NCBI GenBank assembly: GCA_944332315.1
Contig: CALVJT010000021.1
Coordinates: 8,896-72,895, forward strand
Reading direction: 5' to 3'
Source: an uncultured Clostridia bacterium
GTDB taxonomy: Bacteria; Bacillota; Clostridia; Christensenellales; UBA1242
DNA length: 64,000 nucleotides
The translations under genes were made by a program, and so were the position numbers. Shown one piece after another: positions 46,256 through 55,349 of the stretch. Positions within the stretch are counted from its first letter, which is position 1. Each line of letters begins with the position of its first letter. The notes under the pieces were generated by a model. That model saw nothing but the letters and a program-made list of their open reading frames with translations, searched no databases and was not told the DNA's origin.

Positions 46256-46439
46256 TTTAATATGTTTTAACAAAATAAATAGTAGTTCTATTTAGCATGG
46301 TGCAGTTAAATATAAAAAAATATCAAGCTATTGCGCGCTCTAAAATGACTAAAAGTTATTGGTTAAAATTGTCAATAGAGCCTAAAAATGTTTGTTGATG
46401 TTAAGATTGCATGTTCCAACATATTGAATAGAATTAAAA

Positions 46440-46532
46440 ATGTTCGTGGGGGGTTAATTAAATATTTTGCATAAGGAACTTAAGCAAAAGTTTGAATTCT
46501 TAACTTCTATGTCCCCATAATAATAAAGAACC
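46440..46532 (-). repeat. intergenic repeat family R1, copy 4 (inverted)
   Basis: Reverse complement: GGTTCTTTATTATTATGGGG...AATTCAAACTTTTGCTTAAG...AAAATATTTAATTAACCCCCCACGAAC. Confidence 0.7.
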
Positions 46533-46539
46533 TAAAAAA

Positions 46540-46584
46540 AATAACACGCCACCTCCTAACTTAATAGGAGAAAGGCGTGTTATT
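46540..46584 (-). terminator. terminator hairpin overlapping the TSCPD gene stop codon
   Basis: 11-bp stem AATAACACGCC / GGCGTGTTATT around a 23-nt loop with an inner CTCCT/AGGAG stem. T-runs on both strands. Confidence 0.65.
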
Positions 46585-46945
46585 TTTTGCTTTGTATAGA
46601 TAATCCTAAACTTGTGATAGGAGGTTTTCTTTTAGAATGTAGTTGAGTGATATCCACTCCGCTATGTACTAAAATAGCTTCGTTGAGTGCTTTAGATAAT
46701 TCCATAGCGCAGGAAGTATTATTTTTGCAAACGCCCAAATTTTCGAGTTCCGAAACTACATCTTTTGCTTTACGGTTTTTGATAATGCAGTTAAGAGTAG
46801 AAATCATGCCTTTGCATCCATCTCCAAGAGTGCGAACATCTCGGCAGATTAAATCATTGTTTTCATCGACATCAAAATTAATAACAAATTGAGTATAACA
46901 AATACCTTGTGGCTTATAAGATTGTGGTTTACTTCTTGTTGTCAT
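46580..46945 (-). CDS. TSCPD-domain protein (TIGR03905-like)
   Basis: KPQGICYTQFVINFDV...LGDGCKG...VCKNNTSCAMELSKALNEAI follows the G-C...GGC-G...TSC-D-L pattern of the family, with the Pro replaced. SD AGGAGG. Confidence 0.6.
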   Translation of the reverse strand: MTTRSKPQSYKPQGICYTQFVINFDVDENNDLICRDVRTLGDGCKGMISTLNCIIKNRKAKDVVSELENLGVCKNNTSCAMELSKALNEAILVHSGVDITQLHSKRKPPITSLGLSIQSKK

Positions 46946-46954
46946 AATTTCCTC

Positions 46955-47500
46955 CTAATCAAGTAAATCTTCTAAAATTTTTTCATAAATAATTGGCGCT
47001 TTATCTTGCCATTTTTTGCAGGCATTAATGGCGCTTCGGCGTGAATCTACTTTGACTTGAATTTTTAATATAGGTTGAAACCCTTTGGGACTATTTATTC
47101 TCAACACTATAGTATGAGAACCATCATTATTTTTGTGATATACAGAAACATACTCTTGAACTCGTTTGAATGTTATCCTGTTTTGTTTGCAAAAATCAGA
47201 AATATCTTCTCTAATAGATTGAGGTATTTTAGCAAAAAAATGCGATAGACAATCTCTACCTTCGGCTGTTATTGAATACAGGCCTTCATCTTTGTTATTT
47301 GGATTTTGGTCGTAATAAACAAATTTTGCCTTTACTAATTGCCATAGAATATCCTTACAATCCATATATGTTAGCCAAGTATTTCGGCTAGTTGCAATGT
47401 CCATAATGGAGTTTTCGGTTAAAGGAATTTCCATTTTGTCCAAAATGAACAACAAAATGAGTTTATTTTCTGTTTCGTCTGGGACAAACTGAGTGCTCAA
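46955..47500 (-). CDS. DUF4364-family putative regulator
   Basis: ENKLILLFILDKMEIPLTENSIMDIATSRNTWLTYMDCKDILWQLVKAKFV fits the DUF4364 N-terminal pattern. TTG start with SD AAGGAGGAG. Confidence 0.55.
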   Translation of the reverse strand: MSTQFVPDETENKLILLFILDKMEIPLTENSIMDIATSRNTWLTYMDCKDILWQLVKAKFVYYDQNPNNKDEGLYSITAEGRDCLSHFFAKIPQSIREDISDFCKQNRITFKRVQEYVSVYHKNNDGSHTIVLRINSPKGFQPILKIQVKVDSRRSAINACKKWQDKAPIIYEKILEDLLD

Positions 47501-47587
47501 AAATTCTCCTCCTTGTAGATTTTATATCGGTATTTTATCACAAAATTTCCGATTTGCCAACTGTTTTTAATAAAGCATAGAAAAATA

Positions 47588-47616
47588 TTTGTAATAATGT
47601 ATCTTGTATGGTATAA
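47588..47616 (+). promoter_or_regulatory. sigma-A-type promoter
   Basis: TTGTAA (47588-47593), 17-nt spacer, TGgTATAAT (47608-47616). Confidence 0.55.
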
Positions 47617-47637
47617 TATTAACATTCGAGGTGAGAT

Positions 47638-48357
47638 ATGGAAACAAATGAACAGAGACCTTTTGTGGAATTGTGCAACAATTTTATAGATGCCAAGTAT
47701 ATTATGATGGGCAACAATATAAATAAATTGATAGAAAGTATTTATAAAGATGAAAGTTTAAGAGAAATTGTAAAAAAATGCATCAATAATTTTGATTTCA
47801 CAACCGAATTGGGCTTAGCTATTTCTGCGAATGAAAATACTCCAAAAGATTTTGTTATGCCAAAGGAAAATGACAAAATTGTTGCTCTTTGCTATTTAAT
47901 ACTGCAACAAATAGTGCTAAATAAAATAGATTACGAAGCTTTTATTAGCAAACACTTTATTTATGATGGCACAATAAATGATGTTTATGTAAATTTTGGG
48001 CACTATTTTATTCTGCCTTTCAAAAATGCTATGCTTTATTTGGAAAATGCTAAAAATATTAAACTTGATATTGACGATGAGCAATCCGATGAAGTAGAAA
48101 ATGATGAAAATGGCGAAAATGATGAATTAAAAGACATAGCTTTAGATATGGAAAGAGTTATTGAATCTGATTATAAAATAAAAGAGGATAAAGAGGATGA
48201 ACTCAAATTTTATATCAAAGCTTTTAGAGAGGCTATAAAATTAAAAAACAATTTGCTTATAAAGGCTTTAGGTAGGGTACTATTGGGGGATATAGAAAAA
48301 ATAAAATCGTTGAGAGGTGTTTACAACCGCCTTTACGATGTTTTGATAGAGATGTAA
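47638..48357 (+). CDS. hypothetical protein with an acidic central stretch
   Basis: SD GAGGTGA and a 239-codon open frame. No recognisable domain. Confidence 0.5.
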   Translation: METNEQRPFVELCNNFIDAKYIMMGNNINKLIESIYKDESLREIVKKCINNFDFTTELGLAISANENTPKDFVMPKENDKIVALCYLILQQIVLNKIDYEAFISKHFIYDGTINDVYVNFGHYFILPFKNAMLYLENAKNIKLDIDDEQSDEVENDENGENDELKDIALDMERVIESDYKIKEDKEDELKFYIKAFREAIKLKNNLLIKALGRVLLGDIEKIKSLRGVYNRLYDVLIEM

Positions 48358-49365
48358 TTACATAAAAATATTTGAAAGTATTATTGAAACGGCACATGCA
48401 AGAAGCGCATGTGTTATTTTTTGTTTTAGGAAAAATGATATTTTTATATTGCACTTTTGTAGGAATGTCATTGCTTGAAGATGCGTTGAAAGTCCACCAA
48501 ACGATATTATAAATGTGTTTATGATTGTTGCAATTTTGATATCTGTAAAAATAAGTGAATTCTCGTAGCATCCTCTTGTCATTTCAAATATACCAGTTGA
48601 AATGCCTACTGCGTAGTCACTTGATATGCCAAATAAGGATAGTATTTTGCCTATGGCGCCACTCATTAAACTGATAATGCCAATATCATAGAAAATGTCT
48701 ATTAAAATAAAAAACATTGCTATGTAGCCACCCACAACTAATACAGAATTAATTGCACTGAGCATAGATTTTTCTAAAATATTATCATCAAATCCGTTAT
48801 ATTTGAATTTTTGGTTGATTTCTAGTTTTTGATTTTGTGAATAATCTGAATTACGATATAGCAAACCATTTAATAAAGCTCCAATGAAGTGTGAAATAAG
48901 AATGATAAATCCCATTGCTGTACTTGCAAACATTCCAACTCCAACAGTTCCTATTACAAAAAGAGGGCCTGAAGTTGAGGTAAAAGTGACAAGCCGTTTT
49001 GCCTCGCTAGATGATATCATTTGTTTTTCGTACAGTTCACTTGTTATTTTTGCTCCAACAGGGTATCCGCTCATAATGCTTGTCAAAAACACATAACTAC
49101 CCATACCATTTACATGAAAAATTTTTTGCATAAATTTTTGCATTGAATTTGCTAGTATTTTTATCCCGCCCAATTCCGTTAATAGTTTGGTTAGGAAAAA
49201 GAAGGGGAATAAAGCAGGCAGTACTGCTTTAGCCCATATCAAAATACCATTAAAAGCCGAATTTATGTATTTATTGGGATTAATTATCAAAAATATTATT
49301 ACAATAAATAAGAAAATAGAACACAAAAGCATTGTTCTAAATCCTTTAACCTTAACGCTTATCAT
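48358..49365 (-). CDS. ylbJ: sporulation integral membrane protein YlbJ (nucleoside-recognition-domain family)
   Basis: NGILIWAKAVLPALFPFFFLTKLLTELGG and a polytopic architecture. The start is uncertain: ATG 49365 has no SD, and the in-frame ATG 49332 has AAAGGA upstream. Confidence 0.7.
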   Translation of the reverse strand: MISVKVKGFRTMLLCSIFLFIVIIFLIINPNKYINSAFNGILIWAKAVLPALFPFFFLTKLLTELGGIKILANSMQKFMQKIFHVNGMGSYVFLTSIMSGYPVGAKITSELYEKQMISSSEAKRLVTFTSTSGPLFVIGTVGVGMFASTAMGFIILISHFIGALLNGLLYRNSDYSQNQKLEINQKFKYNGFDDNILEKSMLSAINSVLVVGGYIAMFFILIDIFYDIGIISLMSGAIGKILSLFGISSDYAVGISTGIFEMTRGCYENSLIFTDIKIATIINTFIISFGGLSTHLQAMTFLQKCNIKISFFLKQKITHALLACAVSIILSNIFM

Positions 49366-49451
49366 AATAAATTTTATGATTTATGATGTGGCAATATTCT
49401 TTTTAGAATGAGTTATAGTATAATATGTAAAAAAATACATAGAATAAATGT

Positions 49452-50009
49452 ATGGATAAAGTTAAGACGCTATCAATAGGGTTATCTTTAGTTGTTTTAT
49501 TTGCATCTATTCTTACATTTGTGATATATATAGAAGTGATGTATCCATTAAGATATGTAAACGAAATCGAGACTGCTGGTTATATCTACGATGTAGAACC
49601 CGCTTTAATAGCGAGTTTAATAAACGAGGAAAGTAGTTTTGATAATTTATGCGAATCGCCAAGTGGGGCAATAGGTTTGATGCAGATTATGCCTGATACA
49701 GCCGAGTGGTTAAGTGTTAGAATGGGAATTTCTGATTATACAGTCACAAAATTATATGAACCACAATTTAATATAAATATGGGGACATTTTATTTGAGAT
49801 ATTTATTAGATAGATTCACAGATAATTACACTGCTTTGTGTGCATACAATGCGGGTGAAGGGTTAGTTAGAAATTGGCTACAGGATACACAATATTCACA
49901 AAACAATCAGTCATTAGATATCACCCCATACAGTTCTACAAATGCTTATGCCGAAAAAGTTATAAAAAATATAGATAAGTACAGGACTAGATTTGAAATG
50001 AGATTTTAA
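49452..50009 (+). CDS. lytic transglycosylase (SLT domain) with an N-terminal anchor
   Basis: EESSFDNLCESPSGAIGLMQIMPDTAEWL and AYNAGEG are SLT catalytic-Glu and signature motifs. Confidence 0.8.
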   Translation: MDKVKTLSIGLSLVVLFASILTFVIYIEVMYPLRYVNEIETAGYIYDVEPALIASLINEESSFDNLCESPSGAIGLMQIMPDTAEWLSVRMGISDYTVTKLYEPQFNINMGTFYLRYLLDRFTDNYTALCAYNAGEGLVRNWLQDTQYSQNNQSLDITPYSSTNAYAEKVIKNIDKYRTRFEMRF

Positions 50010-50144
50010 TATTTTTATTTGTTATATCAAATTTATTCAATTGTTGACAGGAGTATAAACATAAAATTCTGATGATACTATTGACATTAGGGTTGCAACT
50101 ATAAGTGTTATTTTTAGCATAAAATAAGTACTTGTTTTGATTTT

Positions 50145-50417
50145 TTAGACTCTTTTATATGAGTCTATATTTTTTTTATTACTAGATTGTGTTGTATTAT
50201 TGTTTATACTTAGATTAGTTTGCGTTGATATATTATTTTGAGCCTTAAAACTGTTCATTAAACTGTTTATAACACTTATGCCACCGAAAGAATCTATTGT
50301 ATCTACTATATTTTGTATTTGCGGTATGTAGGGCTCGATAGGAGAATTGCTTAAATATTGGTTAGCTATTGGTAAAAATGTTTTTATAACATTATATAAG
50401 TTCTCTAAATTATCCAT
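50145..50417 (-). CDS. hypothetical 90-aa protein
   Basis: SD GAAGG upstream of the minus-strand ATG. Asn/Ser/Gln-rich C-terminus. No recognisable domain. Confidence 0.4.
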   Translation of the reverse strand: MDNLENLYNVIKTFLPIANQYLSNSPIEPYIPQIQNIVDTIDSFGGISVINSLMNSFKAQNNISTQTNLSINNNTTQSSNKKNIDSYKRV

Positions 50418-50495
50418 AAATACCTTCTATACAGTTTGTCAAAATATTTTATGAGTGCATAAAATATAATGTTCGCAAACATAAAGGAGAGTGTT

Positions 50496-50816
50496 ATGAA
50501 TATAAAAGATTTTAACAACACAGATATAAATAAATTTGTTTATGATGCAAAAGAAAATAATTTAGACGATAATCAACAGCAAGCACTTGATGAGCTAAAA
50601 CAACAATATGGCCCACAAATTGATGAAATGATAGGGAAGTTTCAAAATATGAGTGAAGCCGAATTGATTACTGAGGTTTTCAAAATAATTAATGAAAAAA
50701 AGAAAAACGGAACTTTTAACCCCAATGATATAGATAATTTAGCAAAAATGATAAGTCCTTTATTAAATGATGAGCAAAAAAGAAAAATGGAACAGTTAAT
50801 TCAATTAATAAAATAA
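50496..50816 (+). CDS. hypothetical ~106-aa helical protein
   Basis: SD AAGGAGAG precedes ATG 50496, so the track start at 50469 would include the SD. No recognisable domain. It lies upstream of the S8 protease gene: 6 nt before the track ORF start (50823), 54 nt before the preferred ATG 50871. Confidence 0.45.
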   Translation: MNIKDFNNTDINKFVYDAKENNLDDNQQQALDELKQQYGPQIDEMIGKFQNMSEAELITEVFKIINEKKKNGTFNPNDIDNLAKMISPLLNDEQKRKMEQLIQLIK

Positions 50817-50870
50817 CTAAATATGGTGTATTTATATAATTATAATACACCATATTTTGAGGTGATTACT

Positions 50871-52028
50871 ATGCACAATAAGTTGGATATGTCTTTATTT
50901 AGATTAATTAAAACACAAAGCGTTGATAACGATAAAATTTCGGTTATAGTATATGTAAAAGATATAGATAAAGCTTTAAAATTTTTTGATAATGCCAAAT
51001 ACAAAGTTAAGGCTATCTACAGATTTATAAATGCTATTTGTGTTGAGATAGATATAAGTGATTTAAGGGGGTTAGTAAAATCAAATTACATAAACTTTAT
51101 ATCATCACAGGCTAAAGTTTTTGCGCAAGTAAATGTTGCAAAAAGAATAATAAGATTGCAAGATTTTTATGCAGATAATATTCTAGGGCAAGGTATAAAT
51201 GTTGTAGTTATAGATACGGGCGTTGCACCGCATACAGATTTTTTATTCCCTAGCAAAAGGATAATATACTTTAAAGATTTTGTTAACAAAAAAGAAAATT
51301 TTTATGATGATAATGGGCATGGGACTTTTATTGCTGGGCTTATTGGGTCGAATGGCGTATTGAGTGGCAAAAAGTATTCTGGTATAGCTCCTTTATGTAA
51401 ACTTATTATTTTGAAAGCGTTAGATAAAGATGGGCAGTCATCCTCGGTTGAAATGCTTGAAGCAATGCAATGGGTTTTTGATAATAAAGATGCATTTAAT
51501 ATTGACATCGTGTGTATGAGTTTTGGAGCGTTACCGACATCGAGATTAGACCCTTTAATGAAAGGGGCTGAGAAGCTGTGGGATAAAGGCATAGTTGTTG
51601 TAGCCGCAGCTGGCAACAGCGGACCCGATAGAGCCACAATTAAATCTCCAGGTGCTAGCCGAAAAATTATTACCGTTGGCTCAATGGATGATTCTCGCAA
51701 TGAAAATGGAGAATTTGATGTAAAAAAATTTAAGATTGCTGATTTTTCATCCCGTGGACCAGCATTTGAATTCTATAAGCCCGATATGGTGGTATCGGGG
51801 GTAAATTTGACATCTTGCGGAATTAGTTCTATATATACAACAATGAGTGGAACAAGCGTAAGCGCACCTATTGTAGCGGGCATTAGTGCGCTGATATTGC
51901 AAAAATACAATAAAAAAATTAGTCCCAATCAAGTAAAAACTCTTTTGGAGCATTATTGTCATCCAATAGCTAGGGATAGAAATGTAGAGGGCTTTGGATA
52001 TTTAGCATTTGAAAAAATTATAAAATGA
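50871..52028 (+). CDS. subtilisin-like serine protease (peptidase S8) with an N-terminal propeptide-like region
   Basis: Catalytic triad blocks VVVIDTGV (Asp), DDNGHGTFIAGLIG (His), MSGTSVSAPIVAG (Ser). The start was moved to ATG 50871 (SD GAGGTGA). Confidence 0.85.
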   Translation: MHNKLDMSLFRLIKTQSVDNDKISVIVYVKDIDKALKFFDNAKYKVKAIYRFINAICVEIDISDLRGLVKSNYINFISSQAKVFAQVNVAKRIIRLQDFYADNILGQGINVVVIDTGVAPHTDFLFPSKRIIYFKDFVNKKENFYDDNGHGTFIAGLIGSNGVLSGKKYSGIAPLCKLIILKALDKDGQSSSVEMLEAMQWVFDNKDAFNIDIVCMSFGALPTSRLDPLMKGAEKLWDKGIVVVAAAGNSGPDRATIKSPGASRKIITVGSMDDSRNENGEFDVKKFKIADFSSRGPAFEFYKPDMVVSGVNLTSCGISSIYTTMSGTSVSAPIVAGISALILQKYNKKISPNQVKTLLEHYCHPIARDRNVEGFGYLAFEKIIK

Positions 52029-52056
52029 TGTAAATTATAACCTTTACATCGTTTTT
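52027..52056 (+). terminator. rho-independent terminator after the S8 gene
   Basis: Stem GATGTAAA / TTTACATC, 8-nt loop, then GTTTTTATT. Confidence 0.65.
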
Positions 52057-52216
52057 ATTGTTAGATGACAAATAGGTTTTCGGTAAAAGATGATTATATA
52101 TTGTGATATTTTGAAAGAATATTATATTATTCTTTTTTTATTTGTAGAATAGTTTTATTTTAATTGACAAAAATATTTATATTAGATAAAATAATATTAT
52201 TCTTTTGGAGGTTATA

Positions 52217-53422
52217 ATGGAAAGAAAATTGAGAGTAGCAATGTATGGTTGCGGAAAAATGTCGCAGTATTTGATGCGCTATGTTTACGAAAAAGGTGGC
52301 GAAATTGTTTGCGCGTTAGATATTGATAAGAGTAAATTTGGCAAAGATATTGGCGAAATTATAAAAGATGGTAATACATATAATGTTAAAATAGAGGATG
52401 CAAATAAGGCAAAAGATGTTTTTGCAGAAACTAATCCAGATATTTGCATTATTGCAACAATGAGCCTTATGAATGACCTTAAAGATGCTTTGCTTGTTTG
52501 TGCCGAATGTGGCATAAATGCTATTACTACTTGCGAGGAAGCTTTTTACCCATGGAATTCAAACCCAGAACTTACTGCTGAGGTTGATGCTTTGGCAAAG
52601 GAAAATGGTTGCACTATTTGCGGTTCCGGCTACCAAGATGTTTTTTGGGGTAATCTTATCACAACTATTGCAGGGGCAACACAAACTATCAAAAAAATAC
52701 GCGGTAGAACAAGCTATAATGTAGAGGATTATGGCATTGCACTAGCTAGAGCACACGGTGCTGGACTAAACTTAAAGGAATTTGATGAGCAAGTTGCAGC
52801 AGCAGATAAAATATCGGATTCTGCTAGACAGAAATTGATTGATAGTGGCAAGTATACTCCATCGTATATGTGGAATACAAATGGATGGTTGTGTTCTCAG
52901 CTAGGACTAACCGTAAAGAGCCAAACACAACAATGTGTTCCTCAAGTTTACGATAAAGATTTGCACTCGGATACCCTGAATATGACTATTAAGGCAGGGG
53001 ATGCTCGTGGTATGAGTGCTGTTGTTACAACAGAAACAGAAGAGGGCATTACACTGGAAACTCAATGCGTTGGTATGGTTTATGGCCCTGAAGATTTTGA
53101 TAGCAATGTATGGACTATAGAAGGAGAACCAAGCACTACTATAACTGTTGAAAGGCCAAGTACTGTTGAGTTGACTTGTGCTACAATTGTAAACAGATTG
53201 CTAGATGTTTTGGAGGCAGAGCCTGGTTATGTTACTACAGAAAAAATGCCAAGAGCACAGTTTGTTCAAGGATTTTCGGTAGTGGAAATTGACCCTAACG
53301 ATTATCATGGTTGTGACTGCGGGTGTCACGAACACCATTGCGATTGTGGAGATGATGATTGTTCTTGTGGTTGCCACGACGAACACTGCTCGTGTGGTTG
53401 CCATGATGACGATAAAAAATAA
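52217..53422 (+). CDS. DapB-like / NAD(P)H-dependent amine-dehydrogenase-family protein with a Cys/His-repeat C-terminal tail
   Basis: N-terminal Rossmann motif LRVAMYGCGKMSQ, with size and layout like the 2,4-diaminopentanoate-dehydrogenase-type family. Tail: HGCDCGCHEHHCDCGDDDCSCGCHDEHCSCGCHDDDKK. Start at ATG 52217 (SD GGAGG). Confidence 0.65.
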   Translation: MERKLRVAMYGCGKMSQYLMRYVYEKGGEIVCALDIDKSKFGKDIGEIIKDGNTYNVKIEDANKAKDVFAETNPDICIIATMSLMNDLKDALLVCAECGINAITTCEEAFYPWNSNPELTAEVDALAKENGCTICGSGYQDVFWGNLITTIAGATQTIKKIRGRTSYNVEDYGIALARAHGAGLNLKEFDEQVAAADKISDSARQKLIDSGKYTPSYMWNTNGWLCSQLGLTVKSQTQQCVPQVYDKDLHSDTLNMTIKAGDARGMSAVVTTETEEGITLETQCVGMVYGPEDFDSNVWTIEGEPSTTITVERPSTVELTCATIVNRLLDVLEAEPGYVTTEKMPRAQFVQGFSVVEIDPNDYHGCDCGCHEHHCDCGDDDCSCGCHDEHCSCGCHDDDKK

Positions 53423-53503
53423 TTGAAAATAAGATTTAATGCAGGGATAAAATTTTAAATCGTCTTTATGAATAAGTTTATAAATTTAGCATAAAGTAAA
53501 AAC

Positions 53504-53542
53504 ACCTTATTGAATAGTATAAATTATTCAATAAGGTTTTTT
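53504..53542 (+). terminator. rho-independent terminator
   Basis: 13-bp stem ACCTTATTGAATA / TATTCAATAAGGT, 8-nt loop, TTTTTT. Confidence 0.75.
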
Positions 53543-53677
53543 ATATGGCATAAGCACTATATTTAATTAGGAACATATAAATATTTTTCAATAAAAAAGT
53601 TATAGAACGAATTGCAATATTGCAAAAATATTTGATTGATAAAGCCCTGAACATACTATTTATTTGCCATATGCATA

Positions 53678-53711
53678 GAAAAAAATAAGAGATTGCCTAT
53701 TGGCAATCTCT
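53678..53711 (-). terminator. rho-independent terminator of the ABC permease/ATPase operon
   Basis: Stem AGAGATTGCC / GGCAATCTCT. On the minus strand it is followed by UAUUUUUUU. Confidence 0.75.
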
Positions 53712-53788
53712 ATAACCACCCAATCTCTAGGCAGTTAGGATAGACTTTTGAATTAATCGCTATACTATTTATCTTAAGTGAATTTATA

Positions 53789-54601
53789 TTATCTATGCTT
53801 TTTATTGTAGTATTTTTCAAGGAGAGCGACTGCAAAATACATTAATCCTGCAAGTATACACAACAAGACTGTGCTTGTCATAACTAGGTCTAGTCTAAAT
53901 ACTTGAGAGCCGTACACAATTAAATAGCCGAGTCCTGCGCTACTAGATAGATATTCTCCCATTATGGAGCCCACCCAACTCATACCAACATTAATTTTTA
54001 GCATTGATATAAAATTAGGGATTGAATATGGGATAACTAATTTGAACAAAATTTTTAGTTTATTAGCTCCCATAGATTTCATGAGCAATATTTTATCCTC
54101 ATCGCAGGATAAAAATGCATTGAGCATAGTTATAATGGTTATTATAATACAAATTAGTACGCAAATAGCTATAATTGCACTTGTTCCGGAGCCAACCCAT
54201 ATTATAATTAGGGGACCTAATGCAATTTTTGGCAGACTATTAAGAATTACTATATATGGTTCTAAAATTTTTCTTACCGTTTCACTCCACCAAAGTAAAA
54301 TTGCAATAAAAGTACCTAGCAATGATGCTATAAGGAAGCCTACTAAAGTTTCGAGTAGAGTTACTCCCATATGCATAAACAGGTCGCCACTTGCAAACAG
54401 TTCTCCAACGGTATTTATTATTTTTGATGGCGAACTTGTTATGAATGAATTTATTAATCCAGTTCTAGCAAGTAGTTCCCACAAAAACAAGAATAAAATT
54501 AGCAATCCTATTTGACTTGATAGAACAACTATTTTGTTGTTTTTTCTTTTTTTTAGATATATTAAATGCTCTTTTGAGTAGTTTTCTTTTGAATTTTTCA
54601 T
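53789..54601 (-). CDS. ABC transporter permease (NitT/TauT family, BPD_transp_1)
   Basis: 270 aa with about 6 TM helices and an EAA-like loop (LMKSMGANKLKILFKLVIPYSIPNF). Confidence 0.85.
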   Translation of the reverse strand: MKNSKENYSKEHLIYLKKRKNNKIVVLSSQIGLLILFLFLWELLARTGLINSFITSSPSKIINTVGELFASGDLFMHMGVTLLETLVGFLIASLLGTFIAILLWWSETVRKILEPYIVILNSLPKIALGPLIIIWVGSGTSAIIAICVLICIIITIITMLNAFLSCDEDKILLMKSMGANKLKILFKLVIPYSIPNFISMLKINVGMSWVGSIMGEYLSSSAGLGYLIVYGSQVFRLDLVMTSTVLLCILAGLMYFAVALLEKYYNKKHR

Positions 54602-54605
54602 TTAA

Positions 54606-55349
54606 TTAATTCTCCAAATCCTTCCAAACTTCATTAAATAATTTAGAAAATTCGCTACATTCACGCCTATTAAAAGGTGTTCCGTATTTTTGCAAATTTA
54701 GTGTAATTATTTTTTTTACTTCGGCAGGACGGGGAGTCAAAATGATGATTCTATCTGCCATAGAGATAGCCTCTGAAATGTCGTGAGTCACTAAAATTGC
54801 AGTTTTTTTCTCGTTTTTTATTATATTGCTAACATCATCACAAACATTTAATCTGGTTTGATAGTCTAGTGCCGAGAAGGGTTCATCAAGCAATAGAACT
54901 TTAGGATTAAGTGCCAGTGTGCGTATTAGTGCTACTCTTTGACGCATACCCCCAGATAATTCTCGAGGGAATTTGTCTCTAAAGTCATATAGACCATATT
55001 TTTTTAAGAGTTTATTAAGATACTCAAAATTTTGAGCATTCTTTTTCTTTTGTATTTCAAGTCCTAAAATAATATTTTGCCAAATAGTGCGCCATTCAAA
55101 AAGATGGTCGCGTTGGAACATATAACCTATAAAGTTTTCGCTATCACCATTTTTGATAATTTCGCCACTACTAGGTTTTATAATTCCAGCTATTAATGAT
55201 AAAATAGTTGTTTTCCCACAACCGCTAGGGCCCACAATTGCTATAAATTCATTATCGTTTACATCAAAAGTAATATCTTTTAGAGCCCGTGTTTCGCCTT
55301 TAGGTGAGTGGTAATTAAGACTTATATTCTTTAGTTGTAATAAACTCAT
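54606..55349 (-). CDS. ABC transporter ATP-binding protein (NitT/TauT family)
   Basis: Walker A GPSGCGKTT, signature LSGGMRQRVALIRTLA, Walker B VLLLDEPFSALD. Confidence 0.9.
   Translation of the reverse strand: MSLLQLKNISLNYHSPKGETRALKDITFDVNDNEFIAIVGPSGCGKTTILSLIAGIIKPSSGEIIKNGDSENFIGYMFQRDHLFEWRTIWQNIILGLEIQKKKNAQNFEYLNKLLKKYGLYDFRDKFPRELSGGMRQRVALIRTLALNPKVLLLDEPFSALDYQTRLNVCDDVSNIIKNEKKTAILVTHDISEAISMADRIIILTPRPAEVKKIITLNLQKYGTPFNRRECSEFSKLFNEVWKDLEN

Noticed and set aside
53964-54515. Long antisense ORFs opposite well-supported genes. Examples: 53964-54515 (+), 41415-41858 (-), 7631-8113 (-), 21625-22086 (-), 26933-27388 (-), 34419-34862 (-), 35360-35755 (-), 6009-6446 (+), 59863-60264 (+).
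   Set aside because: Each lies fully inside a gene with strong family motifs on the other strand. They have no SD, and their translations are low-complexity (Ser/Leu/Ile-rich), typical of shadow ORFs.
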